Shown here piece by piece: positions 55,601-63,289 of a stretch of DNA of 64,000 nt. Positions within the stretch are counted from its first letter, which is position 1. Each line of letters opens with the position of its first letter. Under the pieces are notes generated by a model, which had not been told where the DNA came from, made no database searches, and saw nothing but the letters and a program-made list of their open reading frames with translations. The DNA is taken from the IMG/VR virus record IMGVR_UViG_3300045988_166055, positions 64,001 to 128,000 of that record; one strand, written 5' to 3'. This DNA comes from a virus. The position numbers were made by a program, and so were the translations under genes.

Positions 55601-55915
55601 ATGAACGGATACATTATCAAAGCTACATACCTCACAGGTCCGCATAAAGGAGCATCTTATTTCCTTCAAAAAGGCGGATATGTAACATCCGATCCCGATG
55701 ACCAGTGGTCAGATAACTGCTACAAGACAGAAAACATCTGCAAGTCAATTTGCATGAAGCTTGAAAGAAGCAACATGGCTGAAAACGTAGTAGAGAAAAG
55801 AACAAGAGAGTATAGATCTCAAAAAGGGTACAATGTATCCGATTTCATGATCTACGAATTGATGAAATATGAACCGTATTTTGTCAAAACTGTTCACAAT
55901 TCGGATGTTTTCTAA
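55601..55915 (+). CDS. hypothetical protein (104 aa)
   Basis: SD AAGGAGG. Confidence 0.6.
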   Translation: MNGYIIKATYLTGPHKGASYFLQKGGYVTSDPDDQWSDNCYKTENICKSICMKLERSNMAENVVEKRTREYRSQKGYNVSDFMIYELMKYEPYFVKTVHNSDVF

Positions 55916-55928
55916 GGAGGTATTCACA

Positions 55929-56201
55929 ATGATCATCAATTCTCGTTTAGAAGCAAGGAAGTCTGTTAAGGATAACTTCGAGCTCGCTTGTAAATTTCAA
56001 ATGACAGTCATCAATGTCTTTCATAAGGACTTGATTACAGGTGAAATTGTTCTCACTGATATGTTCAGCCACGATAGTATTCAAGCCGTTACATGGAGAG
56101 ACGATTACCTTGAATCGTTAAAGAAGCTAGAGGTACCTTACATTTGCTATGTGGGAGATCATTTCACAGAATCATCTGGCTACTTAGACTTTGAGGAGTG
56201 A
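55929..56201 (+). CDS. hypothetical protein (90 aa)
   Basis: ATG 55929 after AAGGAGG; the track start at 55869 is less likely. Confidence 0.55.
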   Translation: MIINSRLEARKSVKDNFELACKFQMTVINVFHKDLITGEIVLTDMFSHDSIQAVTWRDDYLESLKKLEVPYICYVGDHFTESSGYLDFEE

Positions 56202-56206
56202 CAATC

Positions 56207-56491
56207 ATGGATAGAAAAGTTTTTGAAGCTTTATCTTCTGCAAATAAATTGATCAACCATCAACTTGATTGTCAAAAGGCCGCTATTCCTGATATACAAA
56301 AAGCTATTGAAGAAACAGCGAAAGCTTTCAATATCACTTACAAACAAGGCCGCAGTGAAGGATTTGAATCCGAAACTATTGATGATATAGCAGAAATTTA
56401 CGGATATCTAATCGGAGCTAAAGGTGCAATTGAAGCGGTCATATCTAAGTTAGAAGGAGCAAAGAATATGATGTCTAATTTTGATAAATGA
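56207..56491 (+). CDS. hypothetical protein (94 aa)
   Basis: ATG 56207 after GAGGAG. Confidence 0.55.
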   Translation: MDRKVFEALSSANKLINHQLDCQKAAIPDIQKAIEETAKAFNITYKQGRSEGFESETIDDIAEIYGYLIGAKGAIEAVISKLEGAKNMMSNFDK

Positions 56492-56613
56492 ATGAATACA
56501 TGAAACGAATAATCAAGAAATCGGCTGTAATCGGGATGGCTAAAGAACCGTCAAGAGGTGTTTTTAGATCGTTGATGGAGAAGTCCTGTCATTTCCTTTT
56601 TACAATGACATAA
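56488..56613 (+). CDS. 41-aa ORF, probably the 5' part of a frameshifted gene
   Basis: ATGA coupling to the upstream stop; overlaps the open frame that continues into 56640-56894. Confidence 0.35.
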   Translation: MNEYMKRIIKKSAVIGMAKEPSRGVFRSLMEKSCHFLFTMT

Positions 56614-56894
56614 CTTCTCCCGGCGTTGCTAAATCCGGATTGACTTACAACCACAAAAATTTGTGGCCTGATGTTAAACCTAAAGGATGCAATAAACCGT
56701 ATAATTACTACCCTCGTGGACGAGTAGAGCTAGGAAAGAAAAATTCTATCATATATGTAAATCCTAACTTCGATAAATATGATTTAGCAGAAGTTAGAAA
56801 GGATTTTGGACTTATCAATGAGCCTAAAGTAGTATTTGATAATTCAGATCATTACAAATGTTATCTAGATGACGGATGGAAGCCAGATAAATAA
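56601..56894 (+). CDS. 3' part of the same gene (frame open from 56568; no SD or ATG of its own)
   Basis: The only in-frame start is TTG 56640, with no SD; a -1 shift on the T5 run 56597-56601 joins it to 56488-56613. Confidence 0.45.
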   Translation, partial: YNDITSPGVAKSGLTYNHKNLWPDVKPKGCNKPYNYYPRGRVELGKKNSIIYVNPNFDKYDLAEVRKDFGLINEPKVVFDNSDHYKCYLDDGWKPDK

Positions 56895-56915
56895 CAATCG
56901 TTATATAAAATGTAG
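56894..56915 (+). promoter_or_regulatory. class A box upstream of tRNA-Leu
   Basis: ACAATCGTTATATAAAATGTAG. Confidence 0.5.
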
Positions 56916-56926
56916 TAATCAAATTT

Positions 56927-57014
56927 GCTGGTGTGGTGGAACTGGTAAGACACTTTAGACTTAAAATCTAACGCATTAAGTTGTGTACGGGTTCGAATCC
57001 CGTCACCAGCACCA
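56927..57014 (+). tRNA. tRNA-Leu (anticodon UAA), class II
   Basis: Acceptor GCTGGTG/CACCAGC, stem TTAGA/TCTAA, loop CT-TAA-AA, long variable arm, T arm ACGGG-TTCGAAT-CCCGT, A-CCA. Confidence 0.85.
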
Positions 57015-58043
57015 TTGTCACAGTCATCTTGATTGTGTGGATTGAAATAAGGGCATACGGAGAAAGTGGTCGTATAAACGTTGTGGTGATCAAGCAATGC
57101 CTGAAGTATCAACGTGACAGATCGGAGAGACGATCAAAAGCGAGGTTCGATTCAGGAAGGTTACAAAATGTATTCCATTTAGAACCGGGTTACGCTGTCT
57201 AAGTGGTTGCCCCTGATGGTCCGGTACGATTCCGGAGGGAATGATTGCTAGAATCATTCCTAACGCTTAGACCTATCTTTTCTATATAGCTGGCCACTAT
57301 TCTGCCAATCGACGGATTGGATGAGGTTTCGACCATCAGATAAACGGCTGAAAATGTATAGGCGTTTACTGCTTAACGAAATGAAGCGGGCTGTTGTTCA
57401 TCTCAGGATAAAAAGATGGCGTGCCAGCCGACATTGTTAGCCTATTTCGGTAGGTATTCGGTTAGAATAAGGAATGCTACTTATTCGGGAGCTAAATTGA
57501 ATGTGCATCCTTCTGAAGTTGGAGTCTCGAAGATAACGGTTCTGAGAGATAGATGTTAAGTTAGTACTTAGCATTGAGGTTAAACTTGTCAGCTCCTAAA
57601 AGTTAATATCGAGCAAACTCACCATAAAGTGTTCTAGCTGCTAATCTAAAAGAGAATGAGATGATTAGAAGGATTGAGCGAATCTAGATGCTCGTTATTA
57701 TATTTGCCATCTGCTGGTCCTACACAGCAGTGAGGATGGTAGGACATCCAATAACCAAGCAATCGGTGGAGATAGCGCCGGACACCTCGCCTGTTGAGGA
57801 GGGAATTTGAACAAAAAGGTAAGATATGTTCACACCAGAACATAAGGGCATATGGAATGGTGAAAATACTTACTAAACCAATCTGCTAGGTTATCTGAGA
57901 GAATGTCAGGATTTGAGGCAGATAAGTGATAGAATGCAGTACTCTCATTTGACTTTGAGAAGAACCTTTCATATTATCACTTAATGAGTTCTATGCGTTG
58001 CAAACACTTCTCTCATTCGGGATAGAAAAGAAGGGTTAGACAT
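57015..58043 (+). ncRNA. large (about 1 kb) ORF-free, highly structured RNA candidate
   Basis: Abuts tRNA-Leu and tRNA-Glu; nested helices (57213-57221 with 57331-57339) around hairpins 57238-57260 and 57305-57320; H-type pseudoknot at 57711-57745. Confidence 0.4.
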
Positions 58044-58118
58044 GGCGCCTTGGTCAAGTGGTTAAGACACGGCCCTTTCACGGCTGTAACATGGGTTCGA
58101 GTCCCGTAGGCGTCACCA
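58044..58118 (+). tRNA. tRNA-Glu (anticodon UUC)
   Basis: Acceptor GGCGCCT/AGGCGTC, loop CT-TTC-AC, T arm ATGGG-TTCGAGT-CCCGT, A-CCA. Confidence 0.85.
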
Positions 58119-58209
58119 TCACATCCTATAGGATGTGTTAAGTGTGATATATGGTAACAGATTCCGACCTAAGCGCACGGGTCTTCTAGAGGCCTTCGGA
58201 ATCGAATAT

Positions 58210-58285
58210 CCGGGTGTAGCTCAGATGGTAGAGCGCGTGGTTTGGGACCACGATGCCGCTGGTTCGAATCCAGTCACTCGGACCA
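58210..58285 (+). tRNA. tRNA-Pro (anticodon UGG)
   Basis: Acceptor CCGGGTG/CACTCGG, stem CGTGG/CCACG, loop TT-TGG-GA, A-CCA. Confidence 0.85.
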
Positions 58286-58304
58286 TTTTTTCATTCAATT
58301 TTTA

Positions 58305-58326
58305 TTCATCGTTATATAACATGTAG
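58305..58326 (+). promoter_or_regulatory. class A box
   Basis: TTCATCGTTATATAACATGTAG. Confidence 0.45.
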
Positions 58327-58426
58327 GAGGCATCCATCTCGGATACAATACTACAACGTAGATAGAGAAAACATTTTCTCTGTAATGAGAGGTAAGATAC
58401 TCTTGAAGTCGCCTAAAAAAATAAAT

Positions 58427-58449
58427 TAGCATCGTTATATATCATGTAG
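58427..58449 (+). promoter_or_regulatory. class A box upstream of tRNA-Thr
   Basis: TAGCATCGTTATATATCATGTAG. Confidence 0.45.
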
Positions 58450-58459
58450 CATAAAATAT

Positions 58460-58535
58460 GCTGGATTAGCTCAGTTGGCAGAGCGCGTGATTTGTAATCT
58501 CGAGGTCAAGGGTTCGAGTCCCTTATCCAGCTCCA
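58460..58535 (+). tRNA. tRNA-Thr (anticodon UGU)
   Basis: Acceptor GCTGGAT/ATCCAGC, loop TT-TGT-AA, T arm AAGGG-TTCGAGT-CCCTT, T-CCA. Confidence 0.85.
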
Positions 58536-58627
58536 TTGCCACAATTTATTAGATTGTGTGGATTGAAACCATCTCATCTCCTTCCTGATCCAGTTTCTGG
58601 TCTGGATAAACAAAACCGGGTAAATAT

Positions 58628-58722
58628 CCTGCCTTAGCATAACGGTAGTGCAACCGGCCTATACCCGGCATAAGGCTCTAGATTGGGGCAAGATCTCGGT
58701 TCGAATCCGAGGGGCAGGACCA
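58628..58722 (+). tRNA. atypical class-II-like tRNA look-alike 2 (UAU-type loop)
   Basis: Acceptor CCTGCCT/GGGCAGG + A-CCA; D arm GCAT-AACGGTA-GTGC; hairpin CCGG-CCTATAC-CCGG; extra arm GCTC-TAGATTG-GGGC; T arm identical to look-alike 1. Confidence 0.45.
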
Positions 58723-58916
58723 TTAGCGCCCATACAAGCTTAAAAGTATGGTGAGGAATCAAGTTACTCAAGTTAGGTCAGCTTGACATCCAACAGTAAG
58801 GACCTACGACAGGTGAGAATGACGGATTAGTCCTTTCTTGAATAAACAGAACCTGACCCATTGGCGCCGAGGGTGAACGCTGCTTGAAGGTAAAGAAAGG
58901 CAATAAAACTTTACAT

Positions 58917-58993
58917 GGGAGCATAGCTCAGTTGGTTAGAGCGCATGACTGTTAATCATGATGTCGAAGGTTCAAGTCCTTCTGTTCCCGCCA
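58917..58993 (+). tRNA. tRNA-Asn (anticodon GUU)
   Basis: Acceptor GGGAGCA/TGTTCCC, stem CATGA/TCATG, loop CT-GTT-AA, G-CCA. Confidence 0.85.
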
Positions 58994-59540
58994 GCGCCTA
59001 TATCAGTCTAGGTCTTGAAAGGATATAGAGACCAATGAATTATCTTTTTAGAAAGGTGATTTATCTGATGAAAAGAGATCATCAACTCTCGGCGAATTAG
59101 AACTTGACGAATTTGTCTTTTGACAAAAAGAAGCAGCAGGTTCGTCTCTGCGCTTAATCTACTGAACTGCAATGTTGATGTAAGCGGTAATTAGGTTCCC
59201 AAACCAATTCAGGGAGATTAAGAAAAAGTTTGCTTATTTAGTAGAAAGAGGGTTGGAGGGGCACAGCAAGTAGAATAAAAGGACCTATCCAGAATGCCAG
59301 GATTGACACCATAAAATGCTGTCAATGAGAGCATCAGTATTAGACCACGGTGAAGCGATGTGATGATGATAGGAATTGGGACTATCTAATCTCATCTAAT
59401 GCCGATATACATCTGGTTGTGTAGGTAGGCAACAAATTTGAAAGCTATAACAGGATGTGCTAAGGAGTAGAAGTAATAACCTCTGTCTACTGTGTATTTC
59501 TGCTAAATAAGTTCAACTTTTTTATTAAGGGGTTTGAAAA
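58994..59540 (+). ncRNA. ORF-free structured spacer of about 550 nt (candidate stable RNA)
   Basis: No ORF in the track on either strand; starts at the tRNA-Asn 3' end. Confidence 0.3.
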
Positions 59541-59756
59541 ATGAAAACAATCACTTTTATCTGTTATGATAAATATCCAAAAACAACAAAAAGGTCTCAC
59601 ATTTTTAAGAAGCGTTTTTCTTCGTTAGCAGATGTTGCTAAATTCTTGAAAGTTTCAAATAAAATCTATTTGCAAAATCCGATGAACGAATTTTCAAAAG
59701 ACGAACTAAGAATTCTTTCAATGAAAGTTCGATCGTTAAATAAAATGAAGGTGTAG
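59541..59756 (+). CDS. doubtful small basic ORF (71 aa) running into tRNA-Lys
   Basis: SD-like AAGGGG; its last 10 nt overlap the tRNA-Lys 5' end. Confidence 0.3.
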   Translation: MKTITFICYDKYPKTTKRSHIFKKRFSSLADVAKFLKVSNKIYLQNPMNEFSKDELRILSMKVRSLNKMKV

Positions 59757-59822
59757 CTCAGTCGGTAGAGCACCTGCCTTTTAAGCAGGGTGTCGGGAGT
59801 TCGAATCTCCTCACCTTCACCA
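59747..59822 (+). tRNA. tRNA-Lys (anticodon UUU)
   Basis: Acceptor GAAGGTG/CACCTTC, stem CCTGC/GCAGG, loop CT-TTT-AA, A-CCA. Confidence 0.85.
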
Positions 59823-59828
59823 AAATAT

Positions 59829-59913
59829 GCACCTGTGGTGGAACTGGCAGACACGCTTGACTTAGGATCAAGTGCCTTCAGGTTTAAGGGTTCGAGTCCC
59901 TTCAGGTGCACCA
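59829..59913 (+). tRNA. tRNA-Leu (anticodon UAG), class II
   Basis: Acceptor GCACCTG/CAGGTGC, stem CTTGA/TCAAG, loop CT-TAG-GA, long variable arm, A-CCA. Confidence 0.85.
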
Positions 59914-59918
59914 TATAT

Positions 59919-59995
59919 GGAGGATTAGCTCAGCTGGTTAGAGCGCTTGCTTTACACGCAAGAAGTCGCAAGTTCGAATCTTGCATTCTCCACCA
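59919..59995 (+). tRNA. tRNA-Val (anticodon UAC)
   Basis: Acceptor GGAGGAT/ATTCTCC, stem CTTGC/GCAAG, loop TT-TAC-AC, A-CCA. Confidence 0.85.
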
Positions 59996-60001
59996 TTATT
60001 T

Positions 60002-60078
60002 GGCCAAGTAGTTCAGTTGGTTAGAACGCCAGCCTGTCACGCTGGAGGTCACGGGTTCGAACCCCGTCTTGGTCGCCA
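60002..60078 (+). tRNA. tRNA-Asp (anticodon GUC)
   Basis: Acceptor GGCCAAG/CTTGGTC, stem CCAGC/GCTGG, loop CT-GTC-AC, G-CCA. Confidence 0.85.
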
Positions 60079-60244
60079 TTGTTGGTTTTACTATTTTATC
60101 AATGTCAGAACGGGGCGAGTCCGTTCAAGTCGCTCAAATCGGGTTGGCCACCAGGAGAGTCAGATTAAAATGGGTTGAGGCGGAGAGTTGGAAAGCCTAG
60201 TAGCTACATTAGGCATGCATAGTGTAGCTACCTCAAAAAAATAA

Positions 60245-60319
60245 GGGTCCGTATTTCAATGGGAGAAAGCTTCCTTTGCACGGAAGAAGTTGCGTGTTCG
60301 AGTCACGTCGGATCCACCA
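60245..60319 (+). tRNA. tRNA-Ala (anticodon UGC)
   Basis: Acceptor GGGTCCG/CGGATCC with a G3:U70 pair, loop TT-TGC-AC, A-CCA. Confidence 0.85.
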
Positions 60320-60440
60320 TTTGAGACTTCAGACAAGTTGGTTAGAATGTCTGATTAAACGACATACAATGAGACGATACCAAGACTTTAGTTCGTTACA
60401 GAGCGGTGACTGAATGTCAAATCCCTTATGTCATTTATCT

Positions 60441-60517
60441 GGGCCTTTAGCTCAGTTGGTTAGAGCATCCGGCTCATAACCGGATCGTCCCGGGTTCGAA
60501 TCCCCGAAGGCCCACCA
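60441..60517 (+). tRNA. tRNA with CAU anticodon (elongator Met or Ile2)
   Basis: Acceptor GGGCCTT/AAGGCCC (G1:C72, so not an initiator), loop CT-CAT-AA, one T-stem mismatch, A-CCA. Confidence 0.75.
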
Positions 60518-60672
60518 TAATTGGTACAACACGACTGTAACGGCTCCCGCGGTTTAGAGTTGTATCCCGTTTCTTAGTTGAAGCGTGTAGTGTCAAGAGA
60601 GCCTACCAGACGAGCCATATGGGCACCACCTAGCGGTGAAAAGATATGTGGGACGATCGTCAATTATTATAT

Positions 60673-60749
60673 GCCTCAGTAGCTCAGTTGGATAGAGCAA
60701 CTTCCTTCTAAGCAGTAGGCCACAGGTTCAAGTCCTGTTTGAGGTGCCA
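60673..60749 (+). tRNA. tRNA-Arg (anticodon UCU)
   Basis: Acceptor GCCTCAG/TTGAGGT (two G:U pairs), loop CT-TCT-AA, T arm ACAGG-TTCAAGT-CCTGT, G-CCA. Confidence 0.75.
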
Positions 60750-60823
60750 GAAAGCACATTAAATAACGTGGAATAAAACTGGAGGTTGTGATGGGACGTT
60801 GAGCCTCCTTTACAAAACAATAA

Positions 60824-60892
60824 GATGCTTTACGCCAGTTGGTAGACGACTCTTGTACAGAGAAGACGCTGGTTCGAATACAGCAAGCATCA
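60824..60892 (+). pseudogene. degenerate tRNA-like element (GUA-type loop)
   Basis: Perfect acceptor GATGCTT/AAGCATC but a 3-bp anticodon stem (CTC-TTGTACA-GAG), mismatches in the D and T stems, no CCA. Confidence 0.35.
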
Positions 60893-61098
60893 AAAGCTGC
60901 TCTGATTGGGTCCGTGCTTGATACTAAGTTGCAGGAACATAAAGGCCTGCACGCTAATCTTCATCACCCAAAGAAGAAAAAGGACAGCAGTAAAAAATCT
61001 GTCAAAGATCAGATAAGACAGAAACTGCATCGAGCAAGTAGAGATAGCGCTGTCTTGAAAGCTCAAAAATATCCTATCTGCAGTAGGATATTAAATCT

Positions 61099-61124
61099 AG
61101 CCCTCCGTGACAACACGGAGGGCT
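61099..61124 (+). terminator. strong hairpin (terminator candidate, no U tract)
   Basis: AGCCCTCCGTG-ACAA-CACGGAGGGCT (11 bp). Confidence 0.5.
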
Positions 61125-61130
61125 TCACTA

Positions 61131-61150
61131 TGAATCGTTATAGTACATAT
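61131..61150 (+). promoter_or_regulatory. class A box
   Basis: TGAATCGTTATAGTACATAT. Confidence 0.5.
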
Positions 61151-61173
61151 ATCGATACAGGAGTGATATCAAT

Positions 61174-61353
61174 ATGGATCAAAAGGAATCAACTATTCAG
61201 AATAACATAAGGACACAATCAAAACTCATACAAGACTACATAGAAAAAGTAAGACAGCAAAAGAAAGAAATTGAAATGCTTCAATCCGAAATAGATAGGC
61301 TTACCTTTATCATTCAAGACTATCAATGTATGATGATTGTTAATAAGAGGTGA
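61174..61353 (+). CDS. small coiled-coil protein (59 aa; below the track cutoff)
   Basis: ATG after CAGGAG; MDQKESTIQNN...EIEMLQSEIDRLTFIIQDYQCMMIVNKR; TGA lies 5 nt before the ligase ATG. Confidence 0.5.
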   Translation: MDQKESTIQNNIRTQSKLIQDYIEKVRQQKKEIEMLQSEIDRLTFIIQDYQCMMIVNKR

Positions 61354-61358
61354 AATAA

Positions 61359-63275
61359 ATGAGTTTCAATGCACTTGAAAAGAAAATAAAGGAGAATGCG
61401 CAGAAATACTATACAGATGGGTCTCAGTCAATGACAGACTCAGAATTTGATTCTGCAGTAAGCGAACTTAAAAAGTCAAAACCCAATTCAGAATTATTTA
61501 CAACAGGTTGGGGATATGATCCAAATGAAAACAATTCCGGAAAGAAGTTCAAACATAGATACGGACTAGTTGGATCATTAGATAAAGTTCATAATTGGGA
61601 CGAACTGCAGAAAGATCTTAGAGACAGAGAAATAATTGCATCATTGAAGCTTGATGGACTAAGCGTAGTTCTATATTATGTTGACGGCAAACTTGATCAA
61701 GCTCTTACTCGCGGCGACGGAAAAATTGGAATTGACATCACTGACAAGGTCTTGTTCATCAATTCTAGACTGAAGCAAATTGATAAGACATTTACAGGAG
61801 GCGTTAGAGGAGAAATCTTGATGTCCTTCCCCGCGTTTGAAAACTATGCTAAAGATCATGAAGACGCGAAGAATCCTAGAAATACTACTGCGGGTCTTAT
61901 AAATGCAAAAGAAATTTCAACAGATCTAAGACTTCTAGACATTGTTTTCTACAAAGTAGTTGGATGTAATGAAGACAGATTCGATGACTATGTTGATATG
62001 CTGAACTACATTGAATCTCAGTTCTATCCTTATGTTGTAGATTATGAGAATGTTTCTCTAATGGAGAACGCAATCATGTACAGAATGAATGATCTAAGAT
62101 CAGTATGGTATGGCCACTACCCTGCAGATGGAATTGTGCTTGCAAGAAATGATCTAGGTAGACTTACTACAAATGAAACTGGAAATATGAATAGCGATGA
62201 AACAAACGAAACAATCTATACATTTGTTTCACAAGCATTCAAATTTCCTGCTGAAACAAAGGAAGCAAAAGTAGAATGTGTTGAATGGTCTTTGAGTAAA
62301 ACAAAATACCTCATTCCAAAAGTGAAGATTGAACCTACTCAGCTTTCAGGAACAACTGTTCAGTATACGGCAGGATTCAATGCTGATTACATTATGAATA
62401 GCAAGATAGGTCCAGGAGCGGTAGTTGAAATATGCAAGTCAGGAGAAATAATCCCTGATATTCAAAGTGTTGTCAAAACTTCCGATGAAGTTAAGATGCC
62501 TACAATTTGCCCTTTCTGCGGAGAATATCTTGAATGGAAAGGTGTACACCTATTCTGCCCTAACAATGATTGCAGACATTTTAAGATGACTGATTTGCTT
62601 ATTTGGTGTTCAAAACTTGTTCCAATTGATGGACTTGGAGATAAAATAAGAGAAAAATTCTTCACAGAAATTTATGGAGAAGAATACTGCACTGTCGATC
62701 AAATAATGAAATATCCTGTATTGACCCGTGCAAAGGTACCTGACATTGACAAAGGAAAGCAATATCAACTATTTAGAGATTCTATACTAGCGCTTTTCAG
62801 AAATAAATTTAACATCGTTACTGTTCTTGAAGCTCTTAATATTCCAAGACTTGGACATGAAACAGCAAAGAAACTGTCTAAGTATCCAGATTTTATCAAG
62901 AAACTTGCAAACAATGATGAAAATACCTTCATAAACCTTCATTCATTCATTGGAAATGCAAACGCAGATTCTATCAATGAGCATAGAGAAAAGTTCATGC
63001 GTATCAATTTCCTGTTAGATAGAGATGGAATTGATTGGAATGTGACAGAATCTTCTAATATAAGAGTTGCAATAACAGGTAAACTATCATGTAAGCGAGC
63101 GGATTTTGAGAAAGAGCTTGAATCAATTGGAATCTCAGTTGGTTCAATAAATAATGAAACAAAATACTTGATTACTGATGACCCTAATAGTTCTTCAGAA
63201 AAGAATAGAAAGGCAGACAAATTAGGAATTAAAAAGATAACAGAGGCAGAATTTAGAAAAATTTTCAGAATTTAA
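61359..63275 (+). CDS. ligA: NAD-dependent DNA ligase
   Basis: Adenylation motif SLKLDGLS, Zn finger CPFCG...CPNNDC, HhH region, C-terminal BRCT-like domain. Confidence 0.9.
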   Translation: MSFNALEKKIKENAQKYYTDGSQSMTDSEFDSAVSELKKSKPNSELFTTGWGYDPNENNSGKKFKHRYGLVGSLDKVHNWDELQKDLRDREIIASLKLDGLSVVLYYVDGKLDQALTRGDGKIGIDITDKVLFINSRLKQIDKTFTGGVRGEILMSFPAFENYAKDHEDAKNPRNTTAGLINAKEISTDLRLLDIVFYKVVGCNEDRFDDYVDMLNYIESQFYPYVVDYENVSLMENAIMYRMNDLRSVWYGHYPADGIVLARNDLGRLTTNETGNMNSDETNETIYTFVSQAFKFPAETKEAKVECVEWSLSKTKYLIPKVKIEPTQLSGTTVQYTAGFNADYIMNSKIGPGAVVEICKSGEIIPDIQSVVKTSDEVKMPTICPFCGEYLEWKGVHLFCPNNDCRHFKMTDLLIWCSKLVPIDGLGDKIREKFFTEIYGEEYCTVDQIMKYPVLTRAKVPDIDKGKQYQLFRDSILALFRNKFNIVTVLEALNIPRLGHETAKKLSKYPDFIKKLANNDENTFINLHSFIGNANADSINEHREKFMRINFLLDRDGIDWNVTESSNIRVAITGKLSCKRADFEKELESIGISVGSINNETKYLITDDPNSSSEKNRKADKLGIKKITEAEFRKIFRI

Positions 63276-63289
63276 GGAGGATTATTTAA

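Noticed and set aside
54725-59362. Shared 12-mer GTGAAGCGATGT between spacers at about 54725 and about 59350, as evidence of paralogous ncRNAs
   Set aside because: A single 12-nt match is expected by chance many times in a 64-kb window, and there is no extended similarity around it.
60079-60160. Possible extra tRNA ending in GGCCACCA after tRNA-Asp
   Set aside because: No complementary 5' acceptor strand, D arm or proper T arm could be drawn. It is treated as part of a structured spacer.
56861-60178. Track ORFs running across tRNA genes (56861-57112 minus, 56981-57202, 58135-58326, 59666-59914 minus, 59790-60011, 59981-60178, 60839-61210)
   Set aside because: They read straight through cloverleaf tRNA sequences, use non-ATG starts and lack SD sites. 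The tRNA interpretation explains the sequence better.
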